A DNA stretch of 42,757 nucleotides from a virus (taxonomy: Duplodnaviria > Caudoviricetes). Made by a program: the position numbers and the translations under genes. Shown piece by piece: positions 19,133-27,448 of this stretch. How positions within the stretch are numbered: position 1 is the first letter of the stretch; each line of letters begins with the position of its first letter. The notes beneath the pieces were generated by a model. The model was not told the DNA's origin and did not search any database. It worked only from the letters and a program-made list of their open reading frames with translations. The stretch covers positions 1-42,757 of the IMG/VR virus record IMGVR_UViG_3300032024_000093; one strand, given 5' to 3'.

Positions 19133-20698
19133 TCACTCGGTGAAGATCTTGGCCATTGGAAGCTCATCAAACATGCTACTACCAATGATGGTTGCTTCCT
19201 GCTCTGAGTACTTGTCAAGTCCCACTAAACAATAGTTCGTGGAATGTACCCAGTGATCTGGACCATTCCTTTCCCATTTATACTGTGGGCCAAGTGGGGT
19301 ATCTTCTACGATACGATATATGTTTTCATAATGAGATGCAAAGTCTTTCCAATCCTCTACACTTCCATTAAGTCTCACTCTTCCCACGTCACGGAAGTGA
19401 TCTACTTGGAGTTGCATCATTCTATTTCTATCAACAATGACAGAACCAAAGTCATTGCCTTGTCCCCACTTGATGATGTCAATTCCCTTTCTATCTCTCC
19501 TGTAATAACATAGGAAGACTCTTCCAGGATATTTAGCCTGGAGTTTTCTTATACCAATTAGATCTCCTCCTTGGTCTGATACTAAAATACTTTTGGGCCA
19601 CCTGATAAGGAAGGATTCGAGCTCACCATACGGATCATAGTTAGCACTTGGTGCTTTACATTTCCCATAGTAAAATAGACCATCTTTATTTCCAATCGTG
19701 AAGTGAATAGGAAGTCCTGTATCTACTCCAATCACAATAGTCCCTCCTTGATCATTAACTGCAGGGACACAGTTCTTTAAGATAGTAGCAGCATCAATCT
19801 TATTCTCACTACCCACGTAGGGAAGTCCTAATACATAATTATAAAAGTATTGCTCATCTTTCTCTTCTTTGTCGTTTAGTATTTTATCAGCACTAATCCA
19901 CGCACACATCAATTGAGATGCATGATAACCAGAAAAGAGTCCTGTTGATGTAGGTCTCCACACTCCAAACTTACGAGTGTCATTACTTATTTCTTCCTTG
20001 CAATGAGAACATATATAAACTCTCCTCTCAATGTCAACATTATCTGGCCACTTTAGCTGTTGCTCTTTATTGCAGTGCTCACAAGTAATGAACCATTCTT
20101 TCTTATCACTATTTTGCCAGTGGATGTCAACACCGAATCCTGCTAATGACGGGTGGGAGAAGTACCATCTACGTCCATCACTCTTTGCTTGCAAACGTGT
20201 TTCATATTGCTCTATGACTGATGCATCACTAGCATCTACCTCATCATGAACATTTAGATCAGACGATACCATCATAGCTTGCTTATTAGAGAAGGTTCCT
20301 CTGTAGTAAATGATGTGGTCACCCACTCCTTTTTGCTCTACAGTATCTCTATCCTTAACCCATGAAGTAAGTATTGGGTTCTGTGCTACAATACGGTTGA
20401 TCTTTCCTCCTGCCATATCATGCACATCTGATTGAGTTGGGAGAGTATAAATTATATCCCACCCCTTCATCTTGGCACAATATAAAGTCTTAACTATCTG
20501 GCTCTCAGTAGCTCCTATCTGTGGAGGTTTGAGGAAGACCTGGAACTGACTATCATCATCGATGAAGTCTTTCATGAAATAGTGATTGTCAAACTCAAAT
20601 GGTAGTCCTGCAGATGTTTTTATCTGATGCTTAAGCATCCACTTCGAAGGAATATAATCCTTGAGTCTATTTAGTCTCTGTTGTGGTGTCTCGGCCAT
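19133..20698 (-). CDS. terL: Terminase large subunit (GpA-like, with Zn finger)
   Basis: KPPQIGATE Walker A-like, VHDEVD Walker B, FSHPS coupling motif, CEHC..CSHC, IGVDTG and PDHWVH nuclease motifs. Confidence 0.9.
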   Translation of the reverse strand: MAETPQQRLNRLKDYIPSKWMLKHQIKTSAGLPFEFDNHYFMKDFIDDDSQFQVFLKPPQIGATESQIVKTLYCAKMKGWDIIYTLPTQSDVHDMAGGKINRIVAQNPILTSWVKDRDTVEQKGVGDHIIYYRGTFSNKQAMMVSSDLNVHDEVDASDASVIEQYETRLQAKSDGRRWYFSHPSLAGFGVDIHWQNSDKKEWFITCEHCNKEQQLKWPDNVDIERRVYICSHCKEEISNDTRKFGVWRPTSTGLFSGYHASQLMCAWISADKILNDKEEKDEQYFYNYVLGLPYVGSENKIDAATILKNCVPAVNDQGGTIVIGVDTGLPIHFTIGNKDGLFYYGKCKAPSANYDPYGELESFLIRWPKSILVSDQGGDLIGIRKLQAKYPGRVFLCYYRRDRKGIDIIKWGQGNDFGSVIVDRNRMMQLQVDHFRDVGRVRLNGSVEDWKDFASHYENIYRIVEDTPLGPQYKWERNGPDHWVHSTNYCLVGLDKYSEQEATIIGSSMFDELPMAKIFTE

Positions 20699-21149
20699 GT
20701 GATTTCATTAAAGCAAGTAGCTCTTTATCTTCATCACTAAGCTCAGACTCGGGAATCAATTTTTCACCATCTTTTCCTGTATTCTCAATTCCTTCTCTAT
20801 ATCCATGCTTAGTCAATAACACTTTAGAAATAGTAGGATTGTAGTTCCCTGCAAGTCCATTATTGATCAAAGCTTCAGCTTGTTTTGCTCTTAACTTCTC
20901 CATGATGTGCAAGAACTCTTCATGTACTTTCTCCCAATTATATAGAGTATGTCTTGCTACATTCAAATATAATGCTAATCCTTCTACTGTAGGGATCTTT
21001 ACTTTTAATCTTGTTTTATATAGTTCAGTTCCTTTTTTTGATAGTCCTACTAATTCCTTAATCTCAACATCTTGAGACTCCTTTAGATACTCCTCGCATT
21101 TTGGAATTATATCTTTATTGTAGTCAGTTGGGTGTCCTCCTTTACTCAT
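20667..21149 (-). CDS. terS: Terminase small subunit
   Basis: GHPTDY, PTVEGLALYLNVARHTLYNW HTH, NGLAGNYNPTISKVLL; directly upstream of TerL. Confidence 0.85.
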   Translation of the reverse strand: MSKGGHPTDYNKDIIPKCEEYLKESQDVEIKELVGLSKKGTELYKTRLKVKIPTVEGLALYLNVARHTLYNWEKVHEEFLHIMEKLRAKQAEALINNGLAGNYNPTISKVLLTKHGYREGIENTGKDGEKLIPESELSDEDKELLALMKSHGRDTTTETK

Positions 21150-21156
21150 ATCTATA

Positions 21157-21372
21157 TTATATCTTATTTAGAAATTCAATTAAAAACTGTTGTCTCTCCT
21201 TTGGGGCTCTCATAGCGAATACTACATCTAATACTGATCCTTCTAGGTAGCCTACTATAGAGTTATTCTTATGCTGATCTACGATAGTGCCATCTGCGTA
21301 GAGTCTATACTGATAGTTCTTATCCCTATTTGTTATGACTCCATGACCTTCTACGTAGTGTAAGTTTCCCAT
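21157..21372 (-). CDS. Hypothetical protein
   Basis: 71-aa ORF, tightly packed. Confidence 0.55.
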   Translation of the reverse strand: MGNLHYVEGHGVITNRDKNYQYRLYADGTIVDQHKNNSIVGYLEGSVLDVVFAMRAPKERQQFLIEFLNKI

Positions 21373-21373
21373 A

Positions 21374-21583
21374 TTAGTCCTTATGCTTACAGTTCCAAAT
21401 CTGTCCTACACTTAGTAGTTTCTCTCTATTACAGCTAGGACACTTTACTAGTTCTCTTTCCTGTGGAGGTAGAGGTTGGGCTCTTCTTTTATTGGTGATT
21501 ACTGGGACCATTTTACCGCTTCTGTCTTTGAACGCGGTCAACTCGAAGTGCCTCATTCTACTAGTTATTGTTCGTTTCGTCAT
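21374..21583 (-). CDS. Small putative Zn-binding protein
   Basis: 69 aa with CPSC..CKH. Confidence 0.5.
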   Translation of the reverse strand: MTKRTITSRMRHFELTAFKDRSGKMVPVITNKRRAQPLPPQERELVKCPSCNREKLLSVGQIWNCKHKD

Positions 21584-21731
21584 TGGCTAATGCTTTCTTT
21601 ATCTTTCTAAAGCAACCTCCACATATCTCGTCCTTACTCTTGATGAGACCTACTCGTTTGTGAGTATATGGTCTCCTTCTAATAAGGAGCTTTCTTTTCT
21701 TGCATATTTCACAATTACTTAATAGTTTCAT
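21561..21731 (-). CDS. Small basic Zn-finger protein (56 aa)
   Basis: Not in the track: MKLLSNCEICKKRKLL...EICGGCFRKIKKAL...; fills the gap after groEL. Confidence 0.6.
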   Translation of the reverse strand: MKLLSNCEICKKRKLLIRRRPYTHKRVGLIKSKDEICGGCFRKIKKALANDETNNN

Positions 21732-23313
21732 CTTTATTTATAGTAATTATAACACGACTAGTAAGGACCGTACCTGCTACTGATATAGCATTCTTTATGG
21801 CATTCTTGACTACTAACGCGGGATCTAGAATGCCAGCTTCCCACATATCTACATACTCTCCAGTTTTAGCATCGAACCCAATACTACCATTCACCTCACT
21901 CTCAGCAGGAACACTATATCCTGCATTTTTAACTATCTGCTTAATAGGAGCATGTAGTGCATTAAATAGTATTTTAGCACCCACTGAATCCACGGGTAGG
22001 TGTTGGGATGCTACACGTAGTGCGACACCACCTCCAGGAACTACACCGTCCTTTAGTGCTAGGTGGCATGCACCACTTGCATCTTCTGCTTTGAGTCTAA
22101 TATAGGATAGTTCAGACTCACTATTAGCTCCTAACTTTAGCACGGCTGCTTTAGTCTTGAGCCATGCTGCTCTTACTAATAGCTGATCATTCTTCTTGCC
22201 TTCCTCCTCTAATAGCTTAATGTGATCAGATACATCTTTGATTCCCATAACAGTGGTTTCTTCTTTGGAAGTGATTATCTTGTCACAGGTACCGAGGTGG
22301 GATAGTTCTACTGTCTTCCATATTAGTCCAGTCTCGGGGCCTACTATGGTAGCTCCTGTGATCTTGCTAAAGTCTTCGAATAGCCAGTCCTTCCAGAGGT
22401 TGGGGGCTTTTATTACTAGAGTTTTGAAAATACCTCTAAGGTGGGTGTAGGCGAGGGCACTGAGTACAGACATGTCAATCTCATCACAGAATATCACAAG
22501 CTCGTTAGTTCCATCCTGTGAAAGTTTTTGAAATAGTGGATCTAGGTCGGACAATGTAGCTATCTTTTGTTTTGCTATAAGGATCTTAGGTTTAGAATAG
22601 GTGGACTTACCTGGCTCTGTCTGCATGTAGGGAGCCATGAATCCACAGTTCCTCAACCGTACACCTTCTTTGATCTCGTAAAATGTTTCAAAGGTATTGG
22701 AGTTATCCAGCTCTACTATCCCATCTTTACCGATCTCTTGATAGATCTCCTGGAATAGTTTACCCAAACTCTCACTCTCTGCAGAAATAGCAGCGACCTT
22801 AGCTATATCATCTACTGTTATTTCTTTCTTCTGGTCATCTATTGCTTTATTTATTATAGGTAAGCATTCATCTAAGCTTCTTTTTATTTCCATTGGGTGA
22901 GCGGTTACAGTCGCTCCTTCTTTTAAGATAGCTTCGAGTAGGACTATGGAGGTGGTCGTGCCGTCATTACTTTCTTTATCGGACCGGGTGGCTATCTCCT
23001 TGGCTAGGTTTGCTCCAATATTCTCCACTGGATCAGACATTACCACCTTTCTTGCAATACTCACACCATCGTTAGTGATGATATGTCCAGGTGATAAACC
23101 TTCTTCGAGGATAGCATTGTGTCCTGCTGCTCCTAGAGTTCCTTTCACTGCATCAGCTACTTTAGACACTCCTCTCATGAGTGCATCTCGTGCTTTTTCA
23201 TTCAGGTAAACATTAGAGTCCCGACTTATATTCTCTTTCAAAACGGGGGTGCCACTTTGGAAGGGGACTCCTGGCATGGTATTTGAGATAGGTGTAGTTG
23301 TTTGGTCTGCCAT
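21715..23313 (-). CDS. groEL: Chaperonin GroEL (phage-encoded, divergent)
   Basis: ADAVKGTLG, ITNDGVSIA, NDGTTT, VAAISA, GVVPGGG, AGILDPALV; no GGM tail. Confidence 0.93.
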   Translation of the reverse strand: MADQTTTPISNTMPGVPFQSGTPVLKENISRDSNVYLNEKARDALMRGVSKVADAVKGTLGAAGHNAILEEGLSPGHIITNDGVSIARKVVMSDPVENIGANLAKEIATRSDKESNDGTTTSIVLLEAILKEGATVTAHPMEIKRSLDECLPIINKAIDDQKKEITVDDIAKVAAISAESESLGKLFQEIYQEIGKDGIVELDNSNTFETFYEIKEGVRLRNCGFMAPYMQTEPGKSTYSKPKILIAKQKIATLSDLDPLFQKLSQDGTNELVIFCDEIDMSVLSALAYTHLRGIFKTLVIKAPNLWKDWLFEDFSKITGATIVGPETGLIWKTVELSHLGTCDKIITSKEETTVMGIKDVSDHIKLLEEEGKKNDQLLVRAAWLKTKAAVLKLGANSESELSYIRLKAEDASGACHLALKDGVVPGGGVALRVASQHLPVDSVGAKILFNALHAPIKQIVKNAGYSVPAESEVNGSIGFDAKTGEYVDMWEAGILDPALVVKNAIKNAISVAGTVLTSRVIITINKDETIK

Positions 23314-23449
23314 AATTATCTGTCTTAAAGAATACTCGTTTGTGACACCTTCGGCATACTTCTTCCTGTGCTTGAGGGTTCTGCCTCAAGAGACTGAAGT
23401 GGTGAAACCACCCCGGAAGACAGTTTGATTCTGGCCAGTATGAATTCAT
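23213..23449 (-). CDS. Possible overprinted small Cys/His protein spanning the groES-groEL junction
   Basis: 78 aa; C..HHF..EEVCRRCH; overlaps only the non-conserved extensions of both chaperonin ORFs. Confidence 0.45.
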   Translation of the reverse strand: MNSYWPESNCLPGWFHHFSLLRQNPQAQEEVCRRCHKRVFFKTDNYGRPNNYTYLKYHARSPLPKWHPRFEREYKSGL

Positions 23450-23666
23450 CTGTTTCTAATAAAAAATAATGTGTTACCCCCTTAATAGTAATCTCATCTA
23501 CTCCCCAAGCAGTAAAGATGACTGTATCACCTGGTCTAATCTTTTCTACTTTATCACCCACTTCAACGACACGACCTTGAACTATCTTGCGGCTCTCACC
23601 CGACTGGATAATTCCAATCTCTTCATCTGGTAGAATATATATACGTCGGCCGAATGGTTCTATCAT
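23325..23666 (-). CDS. groES: Co-chaperonin GroES
   Basis: MIEPFGRRIYI, GRVVEVG, IRPGDTVIF, FILA; adjacent to groEL. Confidence 0.88.
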   Translation of the reverse strand: MIEPFGRRIYILPDEEIGIIQSGESRKIVQGRVVEVGDKVEKIRPGDTVIFTAWGVDEITIKGVTHYFLLETDEFILARIKLSSGVVSPLQSLEAEPSSTGRSMPKVSQTSIL

Positions 23667-23667
23667 G

Positions 23668-23853
23668 TTAATTTAGGTCTATGTCTAATGGGTCTCTTAA
23701 GTCTACCACCTTAACTTCTCTATACTCCGTTGGTGGTTTCTTGCTAAAGTCATCTAACTCTACAATCTTTGCTTTCCTTGACTCAACCCCCATCCAATAA
23801 CCAAGAGAGTAGCTACCGACTAAAAGCACAATAACTACTAATGTAAAGATCAT
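23668..23853 (-). CDS. Small membrane protein
   Basis: N-terminal hydrophobic helix. Confidence 0.55.
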   Translation of the reverse strand: MIFTLVVIVLLVGSYSLGYWMGVESRKAKIVELDDFSKKPPTEYREVKVVDLRDPLDIDLN

Positions 23854-24077
23854 TTCTCTTTGATTATGGAACCGTTAAGTGGAGATGGGACAGGTGCGTA
23901 TTTAGTGTCACGTAGTCCCACTTGAGCTACTGTCGTGAAACCAAACTGGGTAGGAATATATTGAGGATAGGCAGAAACTTCTATTTCGTGTTTCTTTTGA
24001 ATCTCTTCAAAGTCTTTCTGAAACAAGTCAATTCGAGTTTGAACATCTTTTTTTTGGTCGTTGGTCAAGTTTTGCAT
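23850..24077 (-). CDS. Hypothetical protein
   Basis: 75 aa; TGaTATAAT 9 nt upstream of the ATG. Confidence 0.6.
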   Translation of the reverse strand: MQNLTNDQKKDVQTRIDLFQKDFEEIQKKHEIEVSAYPQYIPTQFGFTTVAQVGLRDTKYAPVPSPLNGSIIKEK

Positions 24078-24092
24078 CTTATAGTCATTATA

Positions 24093-24473
24093 TCAAAATA
24101 ATTCATCTTGTATATTCGATTCCTGGTGAATCTGTTCATAACTTGTTAATTGGTGATGTTCAGCTGCTTCCTTCCTGCCTTCCTTCCCCATCATAAACCA
24201 CTGGTACTGATCCCATAAACTAACGAACTGTCTATATCTTTCTGGATTGTATAGATAAACGATTGTTTTCCCATGTGGGGATGTCCTTGCAGCTCCATAG
24301 GCTACATGTAGAGCTTCATGGTCAAACTTCTGGGCAACAACTCCAGTAGGTAGAGTTCTGGGAACTCTCTTAAATCGTTGAATTTTTTGGTGGAAGTCTT
24401 GAAGCTCGGAGTCCGAATACGTCCTAGTAGGTGGGATAGGAGAGGTCTTGCTCTGTTTTTGTATTTTAGGCAT
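24093..24473 (-). CDS. Hypothetical protein
   Basis: 126-aa ORF in the leftward operon. Confidence 0.55.
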   Translation of the reverse strand: MPKIQKQSKTSPIPPTRTYSDSELQDFHQKIQRFKRVPRTLPTGVVAQKFDHEALHVAYGAARTSPHGKTIVYLYNPERYRQFVSLWDQYQWFMMGKEGRKEAAEHHQLTSYEQIHQESNIQDELF

Positions 24474-24597
24474 GTTTGTATTTTGATTCTATCTCTGAAG
24501 CCTCTTTTTCTAATCGATCAGCTTCCTTTCTTTTCTGATCAGCCTTGGATCTTAGTTTCCTAACTTCTCCCATTAAAATCTGAGTTGCTTTGTCCAT
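24466..24597 (-). CDS. Small coiled-coil protein (43 aa)
   Basis: Not in the track: MDKATQILMGEVRKLRSKADQKRKEADRLEKEASEIESKYKHA. Confidence 0.55.
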   Translation of the reverse strand: MDKATQILMGEVRKLRSKADQKRKEADRLEKEASEIESKYKHA

Positions 24598-24598
24598 T

Positions 24599-24874
24599 TT
24601 ATTTTGTCAATATCTTAAGTAACGTTTCTAATGTCCAACCGGGAACAAACTCCTTCGCCTTCCTAATCGCATCTATTATCTGATCATCACTAAACGGTTT
24701 GAGGTCTCTAGCAGCTCTTAAGTGCCTCTTTAGTGCTACAGCAAACTGTTCTTTAGTTCTTAGGTCGGGTTTCCTTTCGTCAAAATATAGACCTATGATA
24801 TTAAGGTCTCTTCGTTTGTTATCTTCTAACTTTTTGATCTCTTCTCTTAGACTAAACTCATCTACCTTTTCCAT
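24599..24874 (-). CDS. Helical protein, loosely resembling the C-terminal domain of phage replication initiators
   Basis: FSDDQIIDAI..WTLETLLK pattern; first clear gene of the leftward operon. Confidence 0.4.
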   Translation of the reverse strand: MEKVDEFSLREEIKKLEDNKRRDLNIIGLYFDERKPDLRTKEQFAVALKRHLRAARDLKPFSDDQIIDAIRKAKEFVPGWTLETLLKILTK

Positions 24875-25050
24875 TGTGAATGTACATTTAACTTGTAATT
24901 AACCTTACTACCTTAGATCCTTTGACGGCACCCCCCTCCCCCGTTAAGTTATTCTGGGAGAAGAAGATGCGACCGGACCTTTCCCTCACTACCCCGAGTC
25001 CTTGGTGAGACTGAGCACTTCTGGCTCTGGATTCACCTTCCTTCGCAGTC

Positions 25051-25184
25051 GCTGGATAATTTTTCGACATCCAGCTTTACCCCTGTCTAGTAGAAACGAA
25101 GAAACCCTTAAAGCTGGAGAGAAGGTAGTACCGGGAGTTGAAACCGGCGGAGTGAACCTCCTCTTCCCTACAGCTTTAAGGGTT
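25051..25184 (-). ncRNA. Structured 5' leader / putative cis-regulatory RNA
   Basis: Perfect 14-bp inverted repeat 25103-25116 / 25171-25184; hairpin 25051-25057 / 25069-25075; alternative 10-bp pairing 25070-25079 / 25109-25118. Confidence 0.5.
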
Positions 25185-25205
25185 CAACTCATTTGCTACT
25201 CTCAT

Positions 25206-25236
25206 ATTATATCACGAGCCCAATACAAAATGTAAA
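25206..25236 (-). promoter_or_regulatory. Leftward promoter of the divergent control region
   Basis: Perfect extended -10 TGaTATAAT with TTTACA 19 nt upstream. Confidence 0.6.
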
Positions 25237-25353
25237 CACTTAGCCTATTTACATTATCTTAAAAATGTATTGTACTGTTGTAGGATATGATAATATCGTA
25301 ATCTGTACGTATATTTCTTGTTAACAGTTATACGTAAAAGTACGTCATACCTA

Positions 25354-25381
25354 TTTACAATGTCTATCGATATGGTAATAT
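25354..25381 (+). promoter_or_regulatory. Rightward early promoter
   Basis: TTTACA-16 nt-TAATAT with TGn extension. Confidence 0.6.
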
Positions 25382-25390
25382 GTTTATTAG

Positions 25391-25730
25391 GAGGTTCATT
25401 CAAAACTGAATAGGGTACTAACAAACAAAATTCAACATGAAAAAATTCAAAATCGTTAGAAGTTTATACAAGACTGATTATTATGAGTCTTACAAGTTTC
25501 AAGCTCAAACATTAGAAGGTAAAAACATCTTTGGTGCAGATGCAAATGTGACAAGGAGTAGAAACATGGGCAGTGATTGGAGAGGGTGGGTTCCTAGCTG
25601 GGGTTCATGTGTCAGAGATTCTTATGAGAGCATGATTCCAGAATTCAAGTGTATAGAGAAAGCAATGAAGTTAGCAGAGAAATTAAACAAATAAATTAAA
25701 AACCACCCTATTCAGTTTCGAGTGAGCCTC
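25391..25730 (+). repeat. 26-bp imperfect inverted repeat enclosing the first early ORF
   Basis: 25391-25416 versus 25705-25730: 23/26 Watson-Crick pairs plus 2 G-U. Confidence 0.85.
25437..25694 (+). CDS. Early hypothetical protein
   Basis: 85 aa, first ORF after the rightward promoter. Confidence 0.65.
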   Translation: MKKFKIVRSLYKTDYYESYKFQAQTLEGKNIFGADANVTRSRNMGSDWRGWVPSWGSCVRDSYESMIPEFKCIEKAMKLAEKLNK

Positions 25731-25732
25731 AA

Positions 25733-25946
25733 GAGGTTCTTTCACAGGGTTTGAGAAGAGAGTGTTGCGAAGCCACAGGTTCTTAAAGAGAGGTTCGGCC
25801 TCTACCTCGTAGTAGCGTAAAACACAAGGTCTGCACTTAACTAAATTGGCTGACTAATTATCACGACCAAGACCTTCGTTACACAGAAAATCCGGCGTCA
25901 CTGCAGTTCGATAGCCGGTATCACTCACCCCCTTTGAGAGAATCTC
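25733..25946 (+). ncRNA. Putative structured non-coding RNA
   Basis: Closing 23-bp imperfect stem 25733-25755 / 25924-25946; inner stems GTGTT/AACAC, AGAGG/CCTCT, AAGGTCT/AGACCTT, CCGGC/GCCGG; no ORF listed. Confidence 0.55.
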
Positions 25947-25970
25947 ATATTAGTAGTAAAACCTAAAACA

Positions 25971-26198
25971 ATGGATAATATAGATACAATGAAAGTAGAG
26001 GAGATCTTAACTTCACTATCACAGATCCCTGAAGATAAGAGACCTGTCACACCAGAAGGTACTCTAGACATCTTAAAATTAAATGAGATGGAAGAAGTTA
26101 AAAACGTGGTCGAGCTTCTAAAAAAAGAAGGAGTCAAATCACCTAGTCACTTAGACGAACTCGGTTTCATGATGGGTGCAATGATCTTAAAATTCTAA
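25971..26198 (+). CDS. Hypothetical protein
   Basis: 75-aa ORF. Confidence 0.6.
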   Translation: MDNIDTMKVEEILTSLSQIPEDKRPVTPEGTLDILKLNEMEEVKNVVELLKKEGVKSPSHLDELGFMMGAMILKF

Positions 26199-26199
26199 C

Positions 26200-26397
26200 A
26201 TGACAGAAATAGCAATATTAACTCAGATCATAATTCTACTCCAAATGCAAATAGCTATTCTACAACAAGAACAGGTTGTAAGAATTGGTCCGGTATCGGG
26301 AGTGATAACCCAAGACTGTAAAAATATCTTAACGATTACCCCATACATATCATGTAAAGACTCCATTGATTCGATACTTCCACTAACATCAAACTAA
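26200..26397 (+). CDS. Hypothetical protein
   Basis: 65 aa; IAILTQIIILLQMQIAILQ amphipathic segment. Confidence 0.55.
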   Translation: MTEIAILTQIIILLQMQIAILQQEQVVRIGPVSGVITQDCKNILTITPYISCKDSIDSILPLTSN

Positions 26398-26398
26398 C

Positions 26399-26596
26399 AT
26401 GAACATCTTCCAAAACTACAAAGCAACAAGATACTATCTGCAGATTTTAGACTCTCTTGACGTAAACAAGAGAAAAGAATTCTCTGCGATGGTACGTGCT
26501 AAGTTCTTTGACAAGGTTACTTCTGATGTAGAATTAGAAGATTATCTAATTACTGAAGAAGATCTTGATAAGATTGAGGATAAGATAAACAAATGA
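26399..26596 (+). CDS. Hypothetical protein
   Basis: 65-aa ORF. Confidence 0.55.
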   Translation: MNIFQNYKATRYYLQILDSLDVNKRKEFSAMVRAKFFDKVTSDVELEDYLITEEDLDKIEDKINK

Positions 26597-26991
26597 ATAT
26601 AGCTATCATCTTAGTAGGTGCTGTTACCTCAATACTCTTCGTCCCATCGACTACTTACGACGAGGTGCCAGAGCCAGAACCCGTACCTTTCGTAGAAATA
26701 GAAGCAACCGTTACAGCTTATACTTCTAGTATAGACGAGACTGATAGTAATCCGTTTGAAACAGCAGCAGGAACTGAAACAAGACATGGAATCGTAGCAT
26801 GTCCCTCTCACCTACCGTTCGGGACTGAGGTTATAATAGAAACGACTAGCTACGTCTGTGAAGACCGAATGAATAAAAGATATAGGAACACGAATAGGTT
26901 CGACATCTGGATGGAAACTAAGAATGAAGCAGTCCAGTGGGGAAAGAAAGAATTAACAGTACTTATTAGTGAAGCACATAAAGGGATATGA
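26593..26991 (+). CDS. 3D-domain (MltA-like) cell-wall protein with N-terminal membrane anchor
   Basis: ATVTAY..ETD..PF.TAAG, GIVAC, LPFGT, CEDR, RFDIW, AVQWG. Confidence 0.85.
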   Translation: MNIAIILVGAVTSILFVPSTTYDEVPEPEPVPFVEIEATVTAYTSSIDETDSNPFETAAGTETRHGIVACPSHLPFGTEVIIETTSYVCEDRMNKRYRNTNRFDIWMETKNEAVQWGKKELTVLISEAHKGI

Positions 26992-27110
26992 AAAAAGAAA
27001 AACTAGAATTAGAAATCATTGAGAAAAAAATCAGGCTTATCGAGCTTCAAATTAAGTTACTAGAAATTGAAAGACCAATTATTATCAAGAGGGTCTTTTC
27101 TCTTTTCTAA
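26988..27110 (+). CDS. Small coiled-coil protein (40 aa)
   Basis: Not in the track: MKKEKLELEIIEKKIRLIELQIKLLEIERPIIIKRVFSLF; ATGA overlap. Confidence 0.5.
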   Translation: MKKEKLELEIIEKKIRLIELQIKLLEIERPIIIKRVFSLF

Positions 27111-27133
27111 CCCAGAACTAATAAAACAATAAT

Positions 27134-27448
27134 ATGACCACCAAACAAAACAGTGAATGGGAGGAGGAGTTTGATGAGAAGTGGGGCGGATACAAAAGTG
27201 AAGAGCTTAAATCCTTCATCTCCCAAACCCTAGCAAAACAAAGAGAGGAGATAGTAGATGAAATAGAGAAAGACCTACGACAAGGAAAAAGTGCTTGGGC
27301 TAACGTGCTAAGACAGTTTATTAAAGAGGAGAAGGTAGAGGTAAAGAGAAACAAAAAGTTTATACCCTGTAGAAATGGCATGGACTCACTTGGAGGTTGT
27401 ATAGACCACACTTGTCCTAAGTGCCACCCTAATAAAGAAAATGAATAA
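27134..27448 (+). CDS. Hypothetical protein with C-terminal Cys cluster
   Basis: WEEEFDEKW..ELKSFISQTL; C..C.DHTCPKCH. Confidence 0.6.
   Translation: MTTKQNSEWEEEFDEKWGGYKSEELKSFISQTLAKQREEIVDEIEKDLRQGKSAWANVLRQFIKEEKVEVKRNKKFIPCRNGMDSLGGCIDHTCPKCHPNKENE

Noticed and set aside
24888-25235. ORFs 24888..25070 (-) and 25002..25235 (+) as genes
   Set aside because: Atypical composition, overlap a structured leader and promoter; not supportable without homologues
25760-25920. tRNA gene (GGTTCG / GTTCGA motifs)
   Set aside because: No acceptor stem or cloverleaf could be built around either motif
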